Of a DNA stretch of 64,000 nt, positions 1 through 11,680 are shown in pieces. The translations under genes and the position numbers were made by a program. The stretch comes from Mnemiopsis leidyi (taxonomy: Eukaryota). The stretch's first letter is position 1. The number at the start of each line of letters is the position of its first letter. Under the pieces are notes generated by a model. That model did not search any database. It was not told the DNA's origin and saw nothing but the letters and a program-made list of their open reading frames with translations. The stretch lies in assembly GCA_048537945.1 (NCBI GenBank), contig CM108483.1, forward strand, positions 9,914,715 to 9,978,714. Direction: 5' to 3'.

Positions 1-1139
1 AAAAAATGTATGACCAACGATTCATAAAAATAGAAGACATTTCCTTGCTAAGCCTACATAGCCCTGTGCTGCTAAACACATATATCCCTTTGCGAGCTTA
101 TCCGGAAATAAGGATCACTGACACACAACGCAAAAGCTCACACAACATCCCGATAGAGCTTGCCTGGGGACCTCAGACTTTGTCGGAGGGAAATGTAGAG
201 AGAGGGCGCAGCCCCTAGCCTGGTAAGATAGGGCACACGCAGGGGCGAGTTGCAGTAAAGTACGATTTTTTGGTAAAATTCGATTTTATTTTCTTGGCAT
301 TTTACACAATCAAAATATAGAATATATATCATTTCTCTGCGTTGGATATGCCGCCCAATGTGCGCACGCTGCAGCATTTAGACTCAACAATTGCTCCAGG
401 CAGCGCCTTTCGCAGAATATGTTTCTCTCAATAATTCAAACGTTACAACAAACACTCATCAGTAAATAAATGCTAGATTAAACAATTATTTGTAAGTGCA
501 TGCTACACTATGGGATGAACCGTAAAGAAAGTGGACACATTGCTTAAGTTTTTATCACTCGCTGTGACAGCAAAAATAGAGCTTAAAATATCAATTTTCC
601 TTAAAAGTCAAGTTAGAATATTCCTGATCCAACTGGGGTTTCAAACATAATTTTTTAACGCTGCTGAAAATCACTATCATACTCGCCAGTCAGTGAGCAT
701 TTAAGGGAGCGCAATTTCTACAGTCCTCACAGGGAGCAGTCTTGCTTTCCCGTGAATGTAGATAAAACTTTGATAGAGGATTCACGTTCTGTCGCATTTC
801 TGACAGGGGTCAACCGTTTCTGGTATTAGAGACTGTGACAACTTGTCACTACTGAAACACAAGGATATATCTTGTGGATGAGACAAGTATATATTCAACA
901 TTTGACAATGAGTTACGGAAGCAAGTCATGTGCCCCGCCTCGGCTAAAGCTGTGAATGTCCTCGCTGAACGGCATGTTAAACAAGGAACTGAAGCACCTG
1001 GGTTCCGTCCAGGCTCAATTCTTTACACTCAAGTCAATATGTTCGTTTAATACGTCCTCTTGATCCAATTATAGTAAGCGAGGTGATGATTATGGTAAGC
1101 GTAGTGTATCAGTTTAATGTTCAGTGATAATGACTGGCA

Positions 1140-1427
1140 AGCACTTGCCAAGCCACAGGAAAGTGCGTGCTGCGTTCAGCGGTACAAACTACATGAAGTC
1201 CTAACTTTTTGCTAAGCTCCACAGGGATATACGGTGCATGTTATATTAAGCAAGGAAATAATTTGACTAGATAATATCCGTCTACCGCTCTAACGAAACG
1301 ATCGTTCAGCTTGAGCTGCGTGAGTCGGGTATCACCTTGTCTGACTTTGTCCGACCCTCATTTGAAGCGAATAAAAGGGAAAAAAGGGAATAAAAAGGGA
1401 ATAAAATGACAGGAGGGTGCTTGCACA
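1140..1427 (+). repeat. Copy of a dispersed composite repeat family with three modules, alpha (ttgcYaagccaca...), beta (gattatatccgtctaac...gcgtgagtcgggtatcac) and gamma (ttgtctgactttgtccgaccctcattYgaagcgaa...aatgacRggagg).
   Basis: The same modules recur at 4297..5345 (several copies, both orientations), 42480..42760 (reverse orientation) and partly at 43975..44060. Similarity was read directly from the sequence. Confidence 0.6.
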
Positions 1428-2143
1428 AGAAATTGTATAACTAACCCATGGATAACAAGAGGCCTGGTGAATTCTATTGAAAAAAAGGCAAGGCTATACT
1501 TTCAGTGGCGAGACTCTTGTACCTTAGAATGTCCTGATGGAAACTTAGGAAAACTAACGAGTTATAAAGAGTACAAACAGTTCTTAAAACATGCAATCAA
1601 AAGAGCCAAACTTATGTACTATACAAATAAATTTGATGAAAGTTGTAAGAACCCAAAGAAGACATGGCAAATTATAAATGAACTTCGTGGTAAGACAAAG
1701 TCATCCTCAAAGGATGACTTCCTTATAGATGGCTGTAGAATAACATGCAGAAGAATCATAGCCAATAAATTCAATGAGTACTTTACATCCCTTGCTAGTA
1801 GACTAAACGAAAAGTTTCTTTCTGATGGTGGTCTACAGATTGAACAGCTTGAATCATTTACACAGTTTATGTCCAAGTCCGTTCCAGGTTCAATCTTTCT
1901 CGAGGATACAAATCCAGAAGAAATTGTTAAGATTATATCAGACTTTCAGAATGGAAAAGCCAGTGATATACCTATTGTTGTTATCAAAAAACATCAAACA
2001 TAATTTCTGTGCCTCTAGCTAGACTGTACAATGATGGCTTAAGAGATGGTTTGTTCCCTGATGTATTTTAGACCGGGAAAGTTACACCAATTTACAAGAA
2101 GGATAATAAGGAATCTATTGAAAACTACAGGCCAGTATCAATC

Positions 2144-3055
2144 TTGCCAATATTTGGAAAGATTTTTGAGAAAATTATCTACACCAGACTTTATTCGTTC
2201 TTCATGGCGAAAAGAATTTTACATGAGGATCAATTTGGTTTCCGTAAAGGCCATTCAACCACCCATGCCCTTCACAAATCCGTTGAATCTATAAGGGAAA
2301 AACTTAAAAATGGCAAACACGTGCTTGGAATATTTATAGACCTTAGTAAAGCATTTGACACTCTTGACCACCGCATACTTTTAAGTAAGCTCGAAAGATA
2401 TGGCATTAGAGGAACAGCACTTAGTCTTATGGCAAACTATCTTCAGGGAAGGAGTCAATATGTTAATTTTAATGGTACATCGTCTGAAAAATTAGGTGTA
2501 AGTTATGGTGTTCCACAAGGTTTAATTCTTGGCCCTTTGCTGTTCCTATTATATATGAATGATATAACAAACTGTTTCGTAGACCAAGATACAAGATTTG
2601 TCCTGTACGCTGATGATACCAATATATTTATTTCTGGGCCGTCCAAGGAGTCCACATATCTTAAGGCCAACAAAGTATTAGAACAAGTAAGCAAATTTAT
2701 GAAGTGTAACCTTTTGCACATAAATATGTCCAAATGTTGCTATATGCATTTTAAGCCCAATTTCGAAAATGACGACACTTGTGCTAGAGTTAGACCATTT
2801 GCCAATGAAAATGACAAATCCAGGGCAATTTTTATTAATAGCATCAACATTTCTAAAGTCTCGTCCACTAAGTTTTTGGGAGTTATAATTGATGACCAAA
2901 TAACCTGGCTTCATCATATAGTTTATCTTAGGAAAAAACTTCGATCCATATCTGGGGGACTCTGCCGAATCAGAAAAGCTGTGCCAGCAGATTTATACCT
3001 AAATATCTATAACTCTCTATTTGAATCACACCTTTCGTATGGAATTAGTGTTTAG
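2144..3055 (+). pseudogene. Reverse-transcriptase domain fragment of the truncated LINE. The ORF is broken by frameshifts upstream.
   Basis: The translation contains the RT palm motifs FIDLSKAFD and YADDTNIF. Frameshifts at about 2003 and 2046 and again at about 2294 interrupt it. Confidence 0.75.
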
Positions 3056-3960
3056 GGTGCATCTATAAAGGATCAGTCAAATGACAAACTTTTTGTAGTT
3101 CAGAAGCAATGTATAAGAATACTCTTTGGGGATTTTGATGCATATCTTAACAAACAATCAACCTGTGCTCGTGCTAGGCCTTATAAGCAGCAAAAACTTG
3201 GTTCCGAATATTACAAGAAAGAACATACAAAGCCAATTTTTGGTAGACTTAAAATTCTAACAGTTCAAAGCTTGTTCAAATACCATTGTATAACTGAAAT
3301 CCTCAAGATATTTCAATCACGTACTCTCTACCCACTTTATGAAGCCATTGCAATGTCACATAGACATACAAGCAATGTAATCAGTTTACCTACGAAAAGT
3401 AATTCATTTTTCTATATTGCTGCCCACCTGTGGAACTCTGTACACAAGAGAATTCTCTCGGACGAAGGTATTTGCATCTCTGTCAACCTAGTCAAATTAA
3501 GAACAAAAAGCATACTTCTTGAGGCTCAATGTTTAGGAAATACGTGCCAATGGAATCCTGAGAACTTCCAAATTCCAAACCACTCACCCTCACTTCATAA
3601 AAACTCGTGCACCAAATCACAAGACCACACAGACATCATAACAGTTGTTTAGAATTTTATGAAAAATTTTGGGCCCCACTTACTATCGTTTTTATATCTT
3701 TATCTTGTTACGATAGTAGCTGACTTGTCACAGCAACCAGAGTGTGTTTTCACTCTTTTCGATTGTTTACTACTTTTAACACTGGCCATAAGGTTTAGGA
3801 ACTTGAAAATGATATCAAATGGAGCTTTGACTCATGACTCAATTTAGCTTTTTAAAAGCACAACTTCTGAATTCAGGCAGCAAAGGTGGGCACGCAAACT
3901 TCACGGTCTGTGCTCTCCTGTATCAACCTGAATCCATTTGACACATGTTAAACTGACACA

Positions 3961-3998
3961 AACTTTTTTTATTTATTTATTTATTTATTTATTCATTT
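3961..3998. repeat. (ATTT)n microsatellite, probably the 3' tail of the LINE at 1428..3998.
   Basis: The sequence reads ttttttt(attt)x6 attcatttt. Confidence 0.8.
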
Positions 3999-4296
3999 TT
4001 GATTGGCCCAATAAACAACAGGTCAAAGCTCCAAAATCTATAAATTCCAAATAAGTAAATCTTAAATCGAAGATTGGCTTTTCATGAAATTTAGATATTA
4101 TGGGTAATTTCATTAATTCTTTAAATTTAAATTTTGATTGCTATAAATGATATTAAATAAAATTTTGTTTTATTCTTGAAAATTTTGTTTCATTCTTGCT
4201 GCCGTACAAGTATCACCGCGACACTAAAGTAATTCACCACTTCTTAAATGACTAAAAGTTTTTAAATCAAATATATAATAGAGAATCTTTATTTTT

Positions 4297-5345
4297 CGTT
4301 GTGTTACCCAACTTGCGCGCGGCTCGCAGCTTGCTACTTTGCTAAGCCAACATATAGCCATGTGGCTTTTGCACATTTAAACTAGAACTTTTTTGAAAAT
4401 ATTCGTGTCGCCAGGCCAGAAATGCGAAAATTATATCGCGTTGTCGCGCTAGAACGGCAAACGGATATAACCTCGTCAATGGTCAAATAGCGCATGATTG
4501 CTGCGACAGTTCACCGGACATAAACAGGTGCTGACGCCATTAATACGCTCGCTTGCCATTGACGACATGATATCCGTCTAACGTTCTAACGCGCGACGAG
4601 CAGAAAACTGCGAGCCGCGCGCGGGTCGGGTAACATCTCGACAAGCTTGCCAAGCCAACAAAGCCCGGCCCTGTCATGTTGCTCACGTTTGGCCGCGCTC
4701 GCCTTATTGGGACGCATATTATATTTACAAAACACGTATCAACTTGTCGCGGTGATACCCGACTCACGCAGTTAGAACGTTAGACGGATATAATCTCGTC
4801 AAGTATCAACGAGCGATGCGCGTCTAAAAATGCGTAAGAGCGCGTGATGGCCGCGACAGTAGATTATTAACTTACAAAGCACGTATATCGGCCCTGTGCG
4901 AGCTTAGCGCGACATTTGGGCGCGGGATGCGCGGCGCAAAAGCTCCCGAAAGGGCGTGCGGCGCTTTTCTAAAGCTTTGTCCGACCTTGTCAGACGTTGC
5001 CTGACCTGCTGCCGCGAAGCGGCAGCCCCCGCGCGCGAAGCGCAACGCAAGGTAAGTCCGACCCTCATTCGAAGCGAATAAAATGACGGGAGGATGCGCG
5101 CTGCTGTACAACGCGGCGCGCGCAGCGCGAGCCACATGAGAGATATGTTGGATTAGCAAGACGCATATAGGTGCATGTGAGCTTATGTGTTTTGTGAGCC
5201 TTTGCACGTCGCACGCGCCCCTCCTTATTTATTTCGCACCAATGGCCAAGCTTGCACAGGGATAAACTTATTTAGCAATGGTTACAGGTTAAAATGCGTT
5301 CGACGAGATTATATCCGTCTAACTTTAGCTGCGTGAGTCGGGTAT
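4297..5345. repeat. GC-rich composite array of the alpha/beta/gamma repeat family with internal inverted repeats.
   Basis: A 27-bp inverted repeat, gttacccaacttgcgcgcggctcgcag at 4297..4326, pairs with 4604..4633. Beta modules lie at 4460..4510, 4568..4600, 4750..4800 (reverse) and 5300..5345. The gamma module at 4975..5100 carries the perfect hairpin gctgccgcgaagcggcagc at 5008..5026, followed by a second minihairpin gcgcgaagcgc at 5033..5043. The predicted ORFs 4540..4767, 4872..5207 and 4904..5137 are GC-rich noise. Confidence 0.6.
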
Positions 5346-5910
5346 CATTTTTTATTCGTGAATGAAAACTTGAATTGCAACCGTTTTCATTTTGTCAGGC
5401 GACCGCTAAATTTCCCGTATCATGCCGTCAATAATTGTTATAAAACTCTGCTGAATTAAACATTAAATAGGCAACCACTCACCATGCTCAGTTTCTGTTA
5501 ATTTTATTGTTCTGCACCTGTTAATTTTTCATCGTTTATTTCAAACATCAAGGCTCTGCATGGCGTCGTCATTATTATATCGTAGTTGCTACTTAAATAA
5601 TTTATTTAAACTGATAACCTTCTCATCACAACTACACCATCACATAACTTCACGTACAAGGCACCGTGGCTACGGAACCAATTTTGGAACACTGAGAGTG
5701 ACATGGACTTTGGGAGTTCATTGTGCAACTTATTTAAATCGTGTCCGAACCGCTCCTTGCAGAATGCTCAGAACAGACATGGCACAGACTGCCACAACGA
5801 CAATTTTTCTCAGTTTGGTCTTTAAGTTATGTGCTATTAATCTAATTCCAAATTTTCAATTACAACGTTTTAAAACTTTCAACACTACTATTATACAAAT
5901 AATTTGAGGT

Positions 5911-6819
5911 ATGACCAATGACAAGTCGGAGACGAAAAAGCCTGGGAGACCAAGGAGAAAAGTATTGAAGAGCCCAACGAAGAACTCCAGTGACCAGGAT
6001 TATTGCCCCTGCAAAGAATACATGGCCGGTGAGCTGTCTGTTGAGTGTCAGAACTGTGATAAGTACTGGCATTTATGTTGTGTTGGACTAAAAGGTTTGA
6101 GTCTGGAAATGGTAGAGAGCCTGGAGAGCTGGCAGTGCCCTGACTGTTATTTGTGCCCCCATTCCTACAAAGAGAAAAGTTCCCCAGTGTCTTCTCCAAA
6201 CAACTATGGGACCATGAAAGTTATTGTTAGAGATGAGCTTCATGCCATCCAACCTGTAATTAAAGTGACAGTTGAGAATGCTGTTAGAAACTTGCTCTCT
6301 CAGTCGGTTTGCTCCAAGGAAGACATTAAGGAAGTAGTCAAGAGCTACGCAGATGTCGCCAAGGAGACACAAAAAGAAGTGATTGAACAGGCTACACTGG
6401 CACAATCATCAAAAAAGGTTGTAGAAAGTGTAGTCAGGCAAATGGATGCAGATAAAGTAGAGCGGGAAAAGAGAAGGACTAATGTCGTTGTTCTTAGTGC
6501 TCCAGAGCCAGCAAAAGATTCTTCGTCAGAAGATAAGCAAAAAGAAGATAAAAAGTTCTGTACCAGTGTCTTGAGAATACCAGCTAAAGACATTAAGGTG
6601 TGTTGGAGGGCTGGTAAATCTGATGAATCAAACCCTAATTACCGTAGACCACTCGTCATCAGGTTAAAAGATGAAGAACTGGTGAAAGAGTGGACCAAAG
6701 ATGGAAAAGGCCACAAGACTGAAAGTGGCCACTGGATTAACAGAGATTTGTGTGCAGCGGACAGAAAAGCGAATTTTCTGTCACGAGAAGAGAGAAGGAA
6801 AAGACAACAGAAGAATTAA
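5911..6819 (+). CDS. LINE ORF1 protein with an N-terminal PHD-type zinc finger and a charged, Lys/Glu-rich C-terminal half.
   Basis: CPCKEYMAGELSVECQNCDKYWHLCCVGLKGLSLEMVESLESWQCPDCY has C4HC3 (PHD) spacing. The downstream region is basic and acidic, as expected of a nucleic-acid-binding ORF1. Confidence 0.75.
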   Translation: MTNDKSETKKPGRPRRKVLKSPTKNSSDQDYCPCKEYMAGELSVECQNCDKYWHLCCVGLKGLSLEMVESLESWQCPDCYLCPHSYKEKSSPVSSPNNYGTMKVIVRDELHAIQPVIKVTVENAVRNLLSQSVCSKEDIKEVVKSYADVAKETQKEVIEQATLAQSSKKVVESVVRQMDADKVEREKRRTNVVVLSAPEPAKDSSSEDKQKEDKKFCTSVLRIPAKDIKVCWRAGKSDESNPNYRRPLVIRLKDEELVKEWTKDGKGHKTESGHWINRDLCAADRKANFLSREERRKRQQKN

Positions 6820-9800
6820 ACCTTCCAAATATTTTATACTCAAATGCAGGGGGATTTTTTAATAAACTGGATGAGTTAAAGCATTGTTTGTTAATATACA
6901 AAAATATTGATATAGTGTGCATAACAGAAACTCATTTAAATCGCACCATTTTGGATTCTGAATTATCTATTGATGGATACAAATTTTTTAGAAAGGACAG
7001 AAATTTTAACATACATATTGAAGAGTATGATATTAATGAAAAATTTAGCAATGGTGGTGGCTCAATTATATATTATAAAGAGAGCCTTCATGTTAATTTA
7101 GTCCATTCTTTCTACAATAAGGCTCCTGACTCTCTTGCAATTGAAGTTAATAGCAGTATTGGTAACATTTGTATAGCATGTGTATATAGATCTCCTAATT
7201 TAGGTAGTTTATTGAATAGTGTATTGCTTTCATGTTTAAAGGATATCTGTAATGAATCGAATTCTTTCGAGACTCTTCTTATTGGAGATTTCAATTTGCC
7301 TAATGTTTCATGGGAAACTGGAAGCTTAAAAGATGGTAAAAGTGATACTAGTAATACATCTTTAGTACAACAGTTAGAATTTATAGATGCTTTTAATGAA
7401 TTAGGTTTACAGTGGAGTTTAGTCAATGAAATAACTAGATGTAGAATGGTCCAGGGGGTCCTCCAAGAGAGCCTTCTTGACCAAGTCTTATACACTAATG
7501 ATGCATTAGTGTCTAGTGTAAAATTACTTTCCAGCCTTGGAAAGAGTGACCATCGGTCTCTTAAAGTTGAACTTAGTATTTCATTGACTAAGCCCAAAAG
7601 TAATGGCCAGACAGTTGTTAAAAAGCCTGCTTGGTCTAAAGTTTCTCAGGATGATATTTTGAATTATAGCCTTAAGAATGTAAATTGGAACTATTCATGT
7701 GAAGAAATTAGTTCTGATATGATGTATAGTGAACTTATGGGGAAGTTGAATTGTATTTCTGATATTGTGCCTTTGTCTCGGTTTGACAGTAACAATAGGC
7801 CCTTAAATCTACCTTGGTCTAATTCAAGATTAAAGCGTATGAGAAAGAATAAAGATTCAGCATGGAATGATTTTAGTCAATCCCCCACAAGGGAGAATTA
7901 TAGTTATGCTTTTATGAAAGACAAACTGTACTCTGATGAGGAGTTTAGATTAAAGTCAAATTATGAAAAGAAGCTTACAAATAATTTGAAAACAAATCCT
8001 AAAGGTTTTTACAGTTATCTTCGTAACAAAAGACAGCTGAAAACAGGTGTACCAACGCTTGAAAGGAGTGATGGTTCAAGGACTAGTGGTCCAGCTGAGA
8101 GTGCTGAAGCTCTTGCAGAAGCCTTCAGCTCGGTGTTTGTACACGAACCTGAAATTCTACCAAGCGTTGAGAAGCCTGAAGTTGAACCTGATATTTTGTG
8201 TGATATAGATATTACCTTTGACAAAGTAAAGCAACAACTTGAGGGCTTAAATTGTTTTAAGAGCTATGGTCCTGATGGTGTACACCCTAAACTTTTAAAG
8301 TCACTAGCTGACGATTCTTCATTTGTTGAAGCTGTTGTTAAGTTATTTAGAAAATGCACAGATAGTGGTGAATTACCTAAAATATGGAAATCTGCTAGTC
8401 TCACTGCACTTTTTAAGAATGGGTCCAAAACAGACCCTTTGAATTATAGACCGGTGTCTTTAACATGCATTATGTGTAAAGTTTATGAAAAAATTCTCAG
8501 AGATGAAATTCTAGAATTTGTTGACGACAAGATCAACCCCCATCAGCATGGGTTTGTTAAAGGAAAGTCATGTTTAAGCAATTTGTTGGAAACTATGGAC
8601 TGTGTTATTGACCTCTTAGAAGAGGGTTTCCCAGTTGATATACTGTTTTTTGACTTTAAAAAAGCCTTTGATAGAGTTCCTCATAGAAGATTGTTGTTGA
8701 AGCTAAAAAGCTTAGGAATTAAGGGCAAAGTTTTAGATATTATTAAAGATTTCTTAATTGGTAGAACTTTCAGGGTTTCTGTGCAGGGTGAATTTTCCTC
8801 AATTAAAGATATTCTATCGGGGATACCACAGGGTTCAGTCTTGGGACCCTTGCTGTTTATCTTATTCATAAATGATCTACCAGATTGTTTAAAAAGTACT
8901 GTAAAGATATTTGCAGATGACTTAAAACTTATTGCAAACTTGTCTGATAAGAGTGTGGTTTATAGTGATTTAATGCTTTTGGAAGATTGGGAGAAAAAGT
9001 GGCTGCTGGAATTTAATACTAATAAATGTAAAGTTCTTCATATAGAACACAATAATAATGAACACTTAGAGTATGTGCTTAACGGTAGTAAATTGAAAGA
9101 AACTGATCAGGAAAAAGATCTAGGTGTCCTTACCTCTGGCAACTTGCTTTGGAATGATCAGATTGAATCATGTATCAGTAAAGCTAACCAAATGTTATGT
9201 TGGATTTCTAGAAACCTTATAAGTAGAGAGAAGTTGTTAATGCTTAGAGTGTACAAGACCTTAATCAGGCCACATCTCGAATATTGTGTTCAGCTTTGGA
9301 ATCCTGCAGCAGAGCATGGAAATTGGTCTTTGATAATGAGGATTGAGAGCGTCCAGAGACGCTTTACTCGGATGATTGAAGGGGTAGGCCTTCTTCCTTA
9401 CTCTGAGCGACTGCAGATTCTACAGCTGACTACTCTCGCTGAGAGACGTTTGAGAGGAGACCTGATTGAAGTTTATAAAGCTAGCCAGGGTTTATCCCAT
9501 TTATCTGGGGTTTTAAATTTTAGTAGATCAGGAGTTAATCTGGTATGTAAGCCAGGGAAAAGTAAAGTTTCCAAGATTAATCGTATTCGTAGAAATTTTT
9601 TAAATGATAGGGTTATGTCCTTTTGGAATAAGCTACCCATAGAGGTGAAGACTGCATTAAATCTAAATGTTTTTAAATCTAATCTTGAGATGTTTAAGGG
9701 CAGAACTAAAGCTTTAGGAATTTATGGTAGTGGGAACTTTTGGGATATTTCTGATGATGTCTTGAATCGTATTGAAAGTGGAAACTATTTAGAGAATAAG

Positions 9801-9869
9801 ATGAGACATAATAGCTTTCTCAAAGATAACCCTTTTGCAGCTAGAAAAAGATTTATTAACATTAATTAG
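6750..9869 (+). CDS. LINE ORF2, 1039 aa, with an apurinic/apyrimidinic-type endonuclease domain, a reverse transcriptase domain and a conserved C-terminal domain.
   Basis: The N-terminal endonuclease signature is IDIVCITETHL...SDH. RT motifs are FFDFKKAFDRVPHRRLL, IPQGSVLGPLLFILFINDL and IFADDLKLI. The C-terminal motif is NDRVMSFWNKLPIEVKTALNLNVFKSNLEMF. Confidence 0.9.
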   Translation: MCSGQKSEFSVTRREKEKTTEELNLPNILYSNAGGFFNKLDELKHCLLIYKNIDIVCITETHLNRTILDSELSIDGYKFFRKDRNFNIHIEEYDINEKFSNGGGSIIYYKESLHVNLVHSFYNKAPDSLAIEVNSSIGNICIACVYRSPNLGSLLNSVLLSCLKDICNESNSFETLLIGDFNLPNVSWETGSLKDGKSDTSNTSLVQQLEFIDAFNELGLQWSLVNEITRCRMVQGVLQESLLDQVLYTNDALVSSVKLLSSLGKSDHRSLKVELSISLTKPKSNGQTVVKKPAWSKVSQDDILNYSLKNVNWNYSCEEISSDMMYSELMGKLNCISDIVPLSRFDSNNRPLNLPWSNSRLKRMRKNKDSAWNDFSQSPTRENYSYAFMKDKLYSDEEFRLKSNYEKKLTNNLKTNPKGFYSYLRNKRQLKTGVPTLERSDGSRTSGPAESAEALAEAFSSVFVHEPEILPSVEKPEVEPDILCDIDITFDKVKQQLEGLNCFKSYGPDGVHPKLLKSLADDSSFVEAVVKLFRKCTDSGELPKIWKSASLTALFKNGSKTDPLNYRPVSLTCIMCKVYEKILRDEILEFVDDKINPHQHGFVKGKSCLSNLLETMDCVIDLLEEGFPVDILFFDFKKAFDRVPHRRLLLKLKSLGIKGKVLDIIKDFLIGRTFRVSVQGEFSSIKDILSGIPQGSVLGPLLFILFINDLPDCLKSTVKIFADDLKLIANLSDKSVVYSDLMLLEDWEKKWLLEFNTNKCKVLHIEHNNNEHLEYVLNGSKLKETDQEKDLGVLTSGNLLWNDQIESCISKANQMLCWISRNLISREKLLMLRVYKTLIRPHLEYCVQLWNPAAEHGNWSLIMRIESVQRRFTRMIEGVGLLPYSERLQILQLTTLAERRLRGDLIEVYKASQGLSHLSGVLNFSRSGVNLVCKPGKSKVSKINRIRRNFLNDRVMSFWNKLPIEVKTALNLNVFKSNLEMFKGRTKALGIYGSGNFWDISDDVLNRIESGNYLENKMRHNSFLKDNPFAARKRFININ

Positions 9870-11680
9870 GATTTTTGAATTTTAGTATTTTAGCTTTTAA
9901 TTGAATTTTAGATTTTTTAGATACATTTGGAGATTAGTTGTGATGATGCTGGCGTCATTATTTGTTATTTATATTTATTTACAGAAGCCTTTTGTTCTAC
10001 TTAGTAATTTACAATAGAATTCTTATATAAATTTGCAACTTGATAAGGAATGTAGCTGAACTTATGTAGGATTTGTCACGGTATCTTATCCCGGCTACCT
10101 AGTTGTCGTCAATGTCATACTCTCATTTCATAACAAATCACATTACTATTAGAACTATCCTTTCAACCTTTGTAAATACAAAAAGAACGTAATAAATTAC
10201 TTATTATTCACTTTCAGACCCATGTCCGGAAATTACTCTTGAGTTTACCTAAGTCTGTGCACTTATTCCGTGCACAATCCCGAACACGATTGAAAAATAT
10301 TTAAATAGCTTTATACATTAATAGTCATATGATAAAATTCAATTGGTCTCACCCAAGGACTTGAAGAGTGGTACATCAACTTAACGAACAGTATTATAAA
10401 TAGCCAAAATGCCTTAGCTCACCTGGTGTTATCTTAATTTTATGTACCGAATCAAAGAATTTTCTCTTAGTTTCAATTTCTATCCGTACTCATTGTTTGT
10501 AGGGCCCGAAACTGAACGAGTTTTAAATGTTGAAAATCCCGCTTGTTCAGCTGTTAGTGTGTTATTTTATTGCGCGCACAGCGGTCTGAAGGCGCGCCTC
10601 GCACGATCGACAATGCTGAGCTGAGTATAAATCTGTCTTAAATTTCTATCCATAACTAACTACTTGTACCCTTGACCTAACATTTGGGCAGTGACTACAA
10701 TTAGTATTCCACATGTAGCTGAGTCAATGCTCATGCTTCATTGTATGCCACTACATTTATGATCCCAATGAAAATTTACTGACCAGAAACTGAACACTGT
10801 GTGACTTGTTGGACGGTCTTTGTGTTATATTGTCTTCACAAATGCTTTAGCTTTATAATATTTGACAATGCCGCTGATATTGTGTACAGTTCAAACCAAG
10901 GGTCATATAACATATTGCAGTTTTAGGAAATCAAAAACCTATATAGACGCGATGTGTTCATGTTCCATCATTACAATTAAATATCTTGTTTAGGGCTCTC
11001 ATTATATTGTAAGCTATCGCCTCGTCCAAAGCAGTTCAAGGGTGTGGATAAGGAGCATTAAGCAATACCATCCGTCGTCTGGCTGTTAACTTTTGACTTG
11101 GCGCTGGCTGTGATTTGCTAAACAATGGTGTCAATATTTTTTGGAGTCAACAATAACAAATGAATTGTACGTAGCTAAAAGTTAATGAGTTATTTGGCAT
11201 TTTTGTCCATCTGTACACTTTACGGTCAAATGTGTAGCCAACTGTTAAAAAATAAGATCAGCTAACCAATATCAGCGAGCAGCTCAAATGTAAAATAGAG
11301 TTTTATTAATATTTCATTTTTTTATCATGAACTACTATATTTATTGATGAATTACTATAGACTATGAAAAGTGTTTATTCAATATAATTACAATATTTTC
11401 GTGAAAAGCGGAAGGATATATATTTCTATTTCTAATTTCTATTGTTTATAACATTGCAGACGAGAAAATAAAACTTGTTTAACTTGAAACTGCATCGTGT
11501 TTATTCTTAAGGCTTTTCATGAATTTATTCGAAGCTGAGATCAAAGTCTTTTTACATTTATCTCTCAATCTGTCACCTGTCATTGGACAAACAACTCAAT
11601 AAAACTTTTAAGTTAATAATATTTTTGATTGTTTATGATTATTGTTTGATCATACATCTTGTTGTGAGGCAATTATGTAG

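Larger units (their letters stand above)
1428..3998 (+). mobile_element. 5'-truncated, frameshifted non-LTR retrotransposon (LINE). It keeps the middle and RT part of ORF2, the C-terminal region and an (ATTT)n tail.
   Basis: ORFs 1467..2003, 2046..2294 and 2144..3055 read through reverse-transcriptase motifs (FRKGHSTTHAL, FIDLSKAFDTLDHRILLSKL, GVPQGLILGPLLFLLYMNDI, YADDTNIF) but sit in different frames. ORF 3272..3652 carries a LINE-type C-terminal region. The element ends in an (ATTT)n microsatellite at 3961..3998. Its architecture matches ORF2 of the intact element at 6750..9869, but the sequence differs, so it is a different family. Confidence 0.8.
5540..9960 (+). mobile_element. Apparently intact non-LTR retrotransposon (LINE, probably CR1/L2-type Jockey superfamily) with two overlapping ORFs.
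   Basis: A 5' UTR of about 350 bp precedes ORF1 (5911..6819). ORF2 (6750..9869) overlaps ORF1 by 70 nt in another frame. The 3' UTR is A/T-rich with short attttag-type repeats and ends near 9960. No internal stops or frameshifts are present. Confidence 0.85.

Noticed and set aside
1467-2003. A 178-aa ORF that could be called a gene.
   Set aside because: It is an internal segment of a LINE ORF2 (PWF/PW-x-x-x-L-R-region homologue) that is frameshifted relative to the downstream RT ORFs and 5'-truncated. It is a pseudogenised transposon fragment.
4540-5207. ORFs of 75 to 111 aa on the - strand in the GC-rich block.
   Set aside because: They fall inside a mosaic of repeats with inverted copies. 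The composition is Ala/Arg-rich, as expected for random GC-rich frames, and no splice or domain support exists.
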